Assembly (NCBI GenBank): GCA_039818205.1
Contig: JBCBUK010000015.1
Location: forward strand, 1-64,000
Direction: 5' to 3'
Length of the DNA: 64,000 bases
Origin: Verrucomicrobiota bacterium
Lineage (GTDB): Bacteria; Verrucomicrobiota; Verrucomicrobiia; Opitutales; Cerasicoccaceae
This document shows positions 58,217 to 64,000 of this stretch, in pieces (positions within the stretch are counted from its first letter, which is position 1; the number at the start of each line of letters is the position of its first letter). The notes beneath the pieces were generated by a model. The model did not search any database, had not been told where the DNA came from, and saw nothing but the letters and a program-made list of their open reading frames with translations. A program made the translations under genes and the position numbers.

Positions 58217-58846
58217 ATGCTCAAAGAAACCCGGGTTTTGGTCGTTGATGACAACGGCTTGCTAAGAATTGGGCTGACAGCAGCAATTAATCTCGAAAGC
58301 GGATTGGAGTCAGTTGGTGCGGCGGCGAGCGCAGATGAAGCCCTTGCCCTCTATCGCGAGACGATGCCAGATGTCGTGACGATGGATTTCCGTATGCCAG
58401 GCAAATCCGGGATTGAATGCACCAAAGAACTTTTGGCCGAGTACCCGGAGGCGAAGATCATCCTGTATTCAGTCTATGAATCTGAAGATGATATCTGGAA
58501 TGCGGTGCAAGCAGGGGTAGTTGGTTATTTGACCAAGGATGCTGGCGAGGTTGAGGAGTATATGGAGGCAATTCGTGAAGTTGCCAATGGTGAGACATTT
58601 TTTCCCGCTTCCATTTCTGAGAAGATTGAGGCGCGCAGGCAATGGATCGACCTCACGGCTCGAGAGCTGGAAATCTTGCAACTCCTGGGAGAAGGCAAGA
58701 GTAACAAGGAGCTTGCTGAACGATTAGATATTTCGCTGAACACGACGAAGATTCATATTAAGAATATTCGTGAAAAGCTCGGAGCGAGCGATCGCACCCA
58801 GGCAGTTGTTATTGCATTCAAGCGTGGAATTTTGCGGGTCCAGTAG
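58217..58846 (+). CDS. NarL/LuxR family response regulator
   Basis: [34 protein letters not shown]. Confidence 0.95.
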   Translation: MLKETRVLVVDDNGLLRIGLTAAINLESGLESVGAAASADEALALYRETMPDVVTMDFRMPGKSGIECTKELLAEYPEAKIILYSVYESEDDIWNAVQAGVVGYLTKDAGEVEEYMEAIREVANGETFFPASISEKIEARRQWIDLTARELEILQLLGEGKSNKELAERLDISLNTTKIHIKNIREKLGASDRTQAVVIAFKRGILRVQ

Positions 58847-58902
58847 AGATAGGGTCTAGTTAGACGGCTTTGATCCCGCATAACTAGTAGGATCAAGTCC
58901 AA

Positions 58903-58920
58903 ATAGCTCTTTTGAGCTAT
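58903..58920. promoter_or_regulatory. Perfect inverted repeat, candidate response-regulator site
   Basis: ATAGCTC-TTTT-GAGCTAT between the RR gene and the PEP-CTERM gene. Confidence 0.55.
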
Positions 58921-59072
58921 AGGCAATTTTTACAATTGTTGATACTATCTTATCCGAACCACGGTTCATCCTAACCTAACCTCTTGGTATGCACGAATAA
59001 AGTGCACCCCCTCCAAGAGGCTTGGACGTGGTTTATTGATAGTTCGTTAGACCCTAAAACAAAATAATCCTC

Positions 59073-59846
59073 ATGAAGCTTGTTCAAAAGAAGTTCTACT
59101 GCCTACTGATCGGTTCGTCCATTTCAGCGTCGAGCGCCTTCGCGCTGGTTCCGTTCTCGGACGATTTCACCGCTGCCGATGGCTACACTGAAGGCGAAAA
59201 TATCAACGGAATCAACGGCTGGAGTGATGCATCAGGCACATTTGACGTTTCTGATGTCGCCGGAGAAGGCATCCTCCAGATCACATCCGGCGTTCAACCG
59301 AATTTTACTAAGATTAGCAACACTTCGATCGGTTCGACTTTTGATGTCGGCGATACGGTCATTTTCTCAAGCGAATTCGCGTTTGGCAACGGTGGCAACA
59401 ACATCGGATTCAATGCCTACGGGTGGTTCATTGGTCTGGGCGACACCGCAACGGCGATTGACATTGGCGTTCAAGTTGGTGGCGTTGGCACGGATACTTT
59501 GGCGAGTATCTCGGGCGCAGTTTCCAACAACAATGTTGGGGCGCGAGATACCAACCAACACATCGCCTCAGTTTCCATTACCAAGTCGGCCACTCCGGAC
59601 CAGTTCGACGTCCAACTTTTCTTCGATGGTAGCTCGATCGAAACCACGACCATCACAAATGCTGGTCTTTACAGCGCAGCGAACTATTTCCTGGTCGCCC
59701 AGAATGGCGGCGGCGGTGTGAACTCCGTTGGAGGCGTTGCGGTCGACAGTGTTAGCGTGGTAGTTCCTGAGCCAAGCACTTACGCGCTTGTTGCTGGGCT
59801 AAGCGCCTTGATCGGCCTTGGAATCGTCCGCCGCAAACGCGCGTAG
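59073..59846 (+). CDS. PEP-CTERM protein
   Basis: Signal peptide; VPEPSTYALVAGLSALIGLGIVRRKRA. Confidence 0.93.
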   Translation: MKLVQKKFYCLLIGSSISASSAFALVPFSDDFTAADGYTEGENINGINGWSDASGTFDVSDVAGEGILQITSGVQPNFTKISNTSIGSTFDVGDTVIFSSEFAFGNGGNNIGFNAYGWFIGLGDTATAIDIGVQVGGVGTDTLASISGAVSNNNVGARDTNQHIASVSITKSATPDQFDVQLFFDGSSIETTTITNAGLYSAANYFLVAQNGGGGVNSVGGVAVDSVSVVVPEPSTYALVAGLSALIGLGIVRRKRA

Positions 59847-60085
59847 CGGATTTATCAAACAACTTTATTGGTGTTAGATTGCACGAATAAAAGCTGTTGA
59901 GAAGCAGCTGAACAGACAGTATACTATTAGGGGGCAAATGCCACGTTCGAGAGATCCTCACCGTGGCATTTGCTGTGTCTGGACAGATTCTTTTGGTGCT
60001 GCGAGGATTTCGACGGAGTAGATCGCCGTCTGCTTTTGAGAAGTAGGGTGTTGACGATTGAGCATCCTGGCCTACTGATCACGGA

Positions 60086-60826
60086 ATGCGATCGGTCATC
60101 TTCATACTGGTTGCCTCACTTTTTCTCATCGGATGCGGGGCTAGTCAAAAGATCACAGTAGACAAACAGCTTACCAATCGTGCGTTGTCTACGGGAACCT
60201 CGACCCCGATGGGCCTGGTGTTTGGATCAATTGGGCATGGGAAACAGGATGGAGAGGGGTTTCCGCACAAAGAGATGCATTTGAAATACGAGGGAGATCG
60301 CCACAAAAGCAAGTTTGAGTTGACCAGCACAAGTGTCTTTGACCATGTGGACGACCAAGGAAACGTCGAGATTTTCGCTGAGATGATGCCACCGGGTCGC
60401 TATGCGATAACCGGATTTTATGTTTCTACGTTAAGTATGTTTGGCGGAGGATCCTGGGAGAATAGAAACCCGTTTTACATCCAATTTGAAGTTAAGGCCG
60501 GGCAAGCTACCTACATTGGTGAGTATTTACACCACATGGCATTGCGAAGTGGAGACCCGTCATGGTTTGCCATACACGGCGGCACTTACTTCGTTGTCAG
60601 CGACCAGTTCGAGCGCGATGAAGCTTTGTTTGAAGACAAATTTCCTAACTTTCAGCTTCGGGATGTCTTTCAAGACGTTCCGACGCGCGATGAGGTGCCT
60701 GATAACGTCTTTTTCTTCTTCAACGATACGCGATTACTGCCTGATGGCCTGGACCGGATCGAGGACGAGCACTACGACGAGTACATTCGTCCGGTGGTCA
60801 TCCCGGTTGTTGTTCCTGCTTCGTAA
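60086..60826 (+). CDS. Hypothetical lipoprotein
   Basis: Lipobox LIGC; PPGRYAI...FEVKAGQATYIG beta-sandwich pattern. Confidence 0.75.
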   Translation: MRSVIFILVASLFLIGCGASQKITVDKQLTNRALSTGTSTPMGLVFGSIGHGKQDGEGFPHKEMHLKYEGDRHKSKFELTSTSVFDHVDDQGNVEIFAEMMPPGRYAITGFYVSTLSMFGGGSWENRNPFYIQFEVKAGQATYIGEYLHHMALRSGDPSWFAIHGGTYFVVSDQFERDEALFEDKFPNFQLRDVFQDVPTRDEVPDNVFFFFNDTRLLPDGLDRIEDEHYDEYIRPVVIPVVVPAS

Positions 60827-60865
60827 GGGTTTGGAGCTTCCTGGTGTTCTCCTTTGAAATATGTC

Positions 60866-61321
60866 TTAACAAGGCCAAGGAAAGCTTCTCGAGCGGGCGT
60901 GGTCGGGGTAACCACTTGGGCATACTTGCACTTCGCTGGATGGAAGCGTGTAGATGAACTTCGTCGCTTGTGGCTTGTTCGCTGCGACATCCAAACGCCA
61001 TTGTATGGTTTGTCCGGCATGTATGCGGCAGACGTCACCGGTATTCGAATCGGTCCACCAGCGGTCAAAGGTGTAGAATACAGCACCATCGGCATCGGTC
61101 TCTATCTCGGCGGGACGGATATCGAGCAGGTCCCACCACACCTTTGGGTACTTCAATCGAAAGGCGGCTTGTCCGGCCATGACCGTTGATCGGTCTTCGC
61201 CAAGGGGTGGATAGCTAATGTCTGGTGCGAACAGCGATGCGATGCCATCGAGGTCGTGCTCGTTGCTTAGTTGGCAATATGTGCGGGTTGCGCGGATAAA
61301 TATGTCACTTTCGATTGTCAT
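60866..61321 (-). CDS. SnoaL/NTF2-like protein
   Basis: YCQLSNEHDLDGIASLFAPDISY N-terminal signature. Confidence 0.65.
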   Translation of the reverse strand: MTIESDIFIRATRTYCQLSNEHDLDGIASLFAPDISYPPLGEDRSTVMAGQAAFRLKYPKVWWDLLDIRPAEIETDADGAVFYTFDRWWTDSNTGDVCRIHAGQTIQWRLDVAANKPQATKFIYTLPSSEVQVCPSGYPDHARSRSFPWPC

Positions 61322-61502
61322 CGGTGGTTGTTGATTTTCAATCGCCGTGTCGGCTTAGGCAAGCGTGGGCTAAGCTTGAATCTCAGGGACTCGGGTTCGG
61401 CCTTCTGAAGCCGGCCGTATTTGATAATTGTGTTCAATTCGATTAGGCGCTAGTCAACGTCTGAATTTTCGTTGGTATAGTCCCTTATCGTTGAATGCAA
61501 AT

Positions 61503-62993
61503 ATGAGCCTGAGGAATCGATTACTGTGGGTTGGATTGGCGCTGGTGACTTCGTTCCTACTCGCTTTGACCCTCGGCGAGATTTATCCCGCGTGGTGGAT
61601 ACTGCCAACACTTGCATTGGTCGCCGGATCCGTCTTTGCGGCAACGTCAGAAGGCTTTGAGCGGCGATTCGTGCCCCAGTGCGGTCCTCGACCACTTGGG
61701 CTTTGTCGAATCGTTGTGGCGTTCTCCCTGCTTGTGCTGACTTTCAATACCGAAAGTATTCCATCGACAAGTTATTTGCCCGCCGAGCTTCAGAAGCACA
61801 TGGGTTTCTATTCGCTGCTTACACAAATCCCTTTCGTGGATGTGTTGGTAGGCAATCATCTCGTTCTGATGATCATCCAACATGGAACCCAACTGGCATT
61901 GGTCGGGGTTATTTTGGGTTGGCGGCTGAAGATTACGTTGCCAGTCGCGTGCCTGGGCTATTTTTGTATCGCCGCGATACTTCGGCAGTACAGCTGGTTC
62001 TATCATACTGGGCTGATTCCGTGGCTATCGCTAGTTACGCTAGCTTTTTTCCCTTCGGGTGATGCTCTAAGGATTGGCAAAAAGGACGTGCGTGATTCTT
62101 CGTCTTTGTCCAACAATTATGGCTGGGGGCTGTTTTGTGTTTGGGCAACCATAGCGATCCCCTATATGGCTGCCGGGTTAAGTAAGCTGCGCTTTGGCGG
62201 ACTATGGTGGGAGGGTGCGAATATTCAGGGGCATATGTTGCAGACGGCTCTGGATCCTATGGCATTCGATTTCGGCTGGGCAGTACACAGCATTCATTGG
62301 CCTCATTGGATACTTGTGATACTTGGATTGAGTGCCGTATTTGGCGAGCTGGCAATGATCTTGGTGCTCTTCTCTCGCACGGCTCGTATGGTTCTCCCGG
62401 CAGTCATGGTGCTGATGCATATCGGGATTCTTTTTCTTCAAAACATTTTGTTCCTTGATCTAATACTAATTCAAGCGGTGTTTTACGTTACTTTGTTTGA
62501 CCGCTTTGTTCCGCAGAGTGAAATTGGATCCGGCTATGTTTCAGCTAGAAGCAATCTGTTCCACCGAGGTAAACTAGTATTGATGGCATGGGTAACGTTG
62601 CTCGTTACTTCATGGATGTTTACGATCGAGTTCTTTCCACTTACCTCGATGCGAATGTTCAGCAAACGTGCCGACTCGGGCACAGTGGTGTACTATGAGT
62701 TATGGCAACAGCACCCTGATGGCAGATTGGTCAAAGCAGATCCTAGTGTGGAGCTTGCCTGTATGGATGACAGCCGATATCGCCGGTATCTCAGCGGTGC
62801 GTTTTCGCCGAATGGCGCGCCGCAAGCCTCTGCCTTTTTTCGTTCTTGGGTGAGCGTCTACAACGAACAATCTGAGGCCAACAAAAGAATTGTCCGGTTG
62901 ATCCTTGTCCGTAAGCAATGGAATTACCGCGAAGATCCTGATTCAGAATCTAGATCTACTCGTGAATTCAAGATCTCTCTGGACTTGGATTAG
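61503..62993 (+). CDS. HTTM-like multi-pass membrane protein with soluble C-terminal domain
   Basis: LGLCRI, Y.AAGLSKL, GEL...MHIGI, FPLTSMRMFS; ATG 61503. Confidence 0.65.
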   Translation: MSLRNRLLWVGLALVTSFLLALTLGEIYPAWWILPTLALVAGSVFAATSEGFERRFVPQCGPRPLGLCRIVVAFSLLVLTFNTESIPSTSYLPAELQKHMGFYSLLTQIPFVDVLVGNHLVLMIIQHGTQLALVGVILGWRLKITLPVACLGYFCIAAILRQYSWFYHTGLIPWLSLVTLAFFPSGDALRIGKKDVRDSSSLSNNYGWGLFCVWATIAIPYMAAGLSKLRFGGLWWEGANIQGHMLQTALDPMAFDFGWAVHSIHWPHWILVILGLSAVFGELAMILVLFSRTARMVLPAVMVLMHIGILFLQNILFLDLILIQAVFYVTLFDRFVPQSEIGSGYVSARSNLFHRGKLVLMAWVTLLVTSWMFTIEFFPLTSMRMFSKRADSGTVVYYELWQQHPDGRLVKADPSVELACMDDSRYRRYLSGAFSPNGAPQASAFFRSWVSVYNEQSEANKRIVRLILVRKQWNYREDPDSESRSTREFKISLDLD

Positions 62994-63086
62994 GTATCGA
63001 TCGCAACCGAGCGGCTTGAGCCGATTGGGTTTTCAATATAGCGACACGTAAGCGGTGTCGGCATTGCATATCCCATTGGGGTGCGG

Positions 63087-64000
63087 CTACTGGAACTGAT
63101 TGAGTGAGAATTTCGCCGCTTGATAGCGCAAAAGGACTCCGCATCCATCATAGTCATCCAGATAACTGCCACGCGGGACAAACTCGATTGGTAGATCCTT
63201 ACGGAAGGCGAGTTCGATGAGATCTTCCAAACGTTTTTCAGTTGTCATAAATTCACCCGAGGCCGTGCGATGATGGTAGGCACGGAGACGTTTAGTTTGC
63301 TCTTCTTCTGACGCAGCAAGAATGATCAGGTCAGCTACCCCTGCGCGAACTGCAGCTTCGCATTTATCCAGGCCGACGGCTGCACCGCCACCATTGAGAA
63401 TGCATGTTCTTAGTCTTTCCAAATGAACTTCCGATTGGCGGGTTTCTTCTTCGACAAAAGCCTTGATCGTTTCGGCGACGACTTTCTCCCGCTGGTCGTT
63501 GACGCCTAACCGCCGAATATCGATAACTCGTTGTTTCAGGTGGGATGGAAGGGCTTTCTCGATCATCGCGATTCGATCGACTTTTCCGGCAAGCACGAGA
63601 TGAGTGTAGCCTCCCTGGGTCATCAATCGATCGAGTAGCTCGATCTTCTCTCGAACAAATCGGCGGTCCCGGTCGCGACGATGGTTCTGGTAGTGTTGGC
63701 GGGTCCATTCGCGACCAACTCGTTTCCGGAGCTCAGGACGATTGAGCCATTCTTCTCGGGTAACCGAGCCGAGCACGATCTCAACAATGCGTGCTTCTTC
63801 CTCGGTGCTGATCAGGACGATGTAGCGATCGTAGCTGTCTTTCAGCTCGATGAGTGGAACAATGTTGGGCGAGAAGTCAGCAATCGCATTTGGCTTTAGC
63901 GGCACATGAAAGGCGATTATCTTGATGAAAGGCTCACGACCACCTCGTGCATGCACCGCGATTCCTCGGAAAGTGCTGTCGATTCCTTGGCCAATCGCAT
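63087..64000 (-). CDS. baeRF/eRF1-like release-factor family protein (5' end beyond the window)
   Basis: LVLAG domain 2; AAVGLD...VADLIIL...IEFV...GCGVLLRY eRF1 domain-3 pattern; frame open to the window edge. Confidence 0.75.
   Translation of the reverse strand, partial: AIGQGIDSTFRGIAVHARGGREPFIKIIAFHVPLKPNAIADFSPNIVPLIELKDSYDRYIVLISTEEEARIVEIVLGSVTREEWLNRPELRKRVGREWTRQHYQNHRRDRDRRFVREKIELLDRLMTQGGYTHLVLAGKVDRIAMIEKALPSHLKQRVIDIRRLGVNDQREKVVAETIKAFVEEETRQSEVHLERLRTCILNGGGAAVGLDKCEAAVRAGVADLIILAASEEEQTKRLRAYHHRTASGEFMTTEKRLEDLIELAFRKDLPIEFVPRGSYLDDYDGCGVLLRYQAAKFSLNQFQ

Noticed and set aside
60854..61189. 111-aa + strand ORF
   Set aside because: Overlaps the better-supported SnoaL-like gene on the opposite strand

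Overview
64 kb of bacterial DNA, most likely Verrucomicrobiota (inferred from PEP-CTERM proteins, a DUF1800/DUF1501 pair and a recurring 'DxDxDG...GTDP...SxDLxxW...FxR' C-terminal module). It encodes many secreted or surface proteins and glycan enzymes: GH16-like, BNR/PA14/CBM6, PL8-type lyase, GH105, a beta-helix/malectin protein and two PEP-CTERM proteins. It also holds a PqqD/RRE-kinase-nucleotidyltransferase-glycosyltransferase operon, an NfeD/SPFH/flotillin/AAA-ATPase operon, a two-component system and several gene scars. The main candidate novel system is at 30616-35673. A Sec-exported Rhs/YD protein carries, right after its DPxG autocleavage site, a mature-type alphaproteobacterial porin sequence that appears internally deleted. 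The next gene is not an immunity-like protein but a small secreted YD-repeat protein bearing the C-terminal module. No rRNA, tRNA, CRISPR array or intact transposase was recognised. All family calls come from reading motifs by eye; no database search was run.
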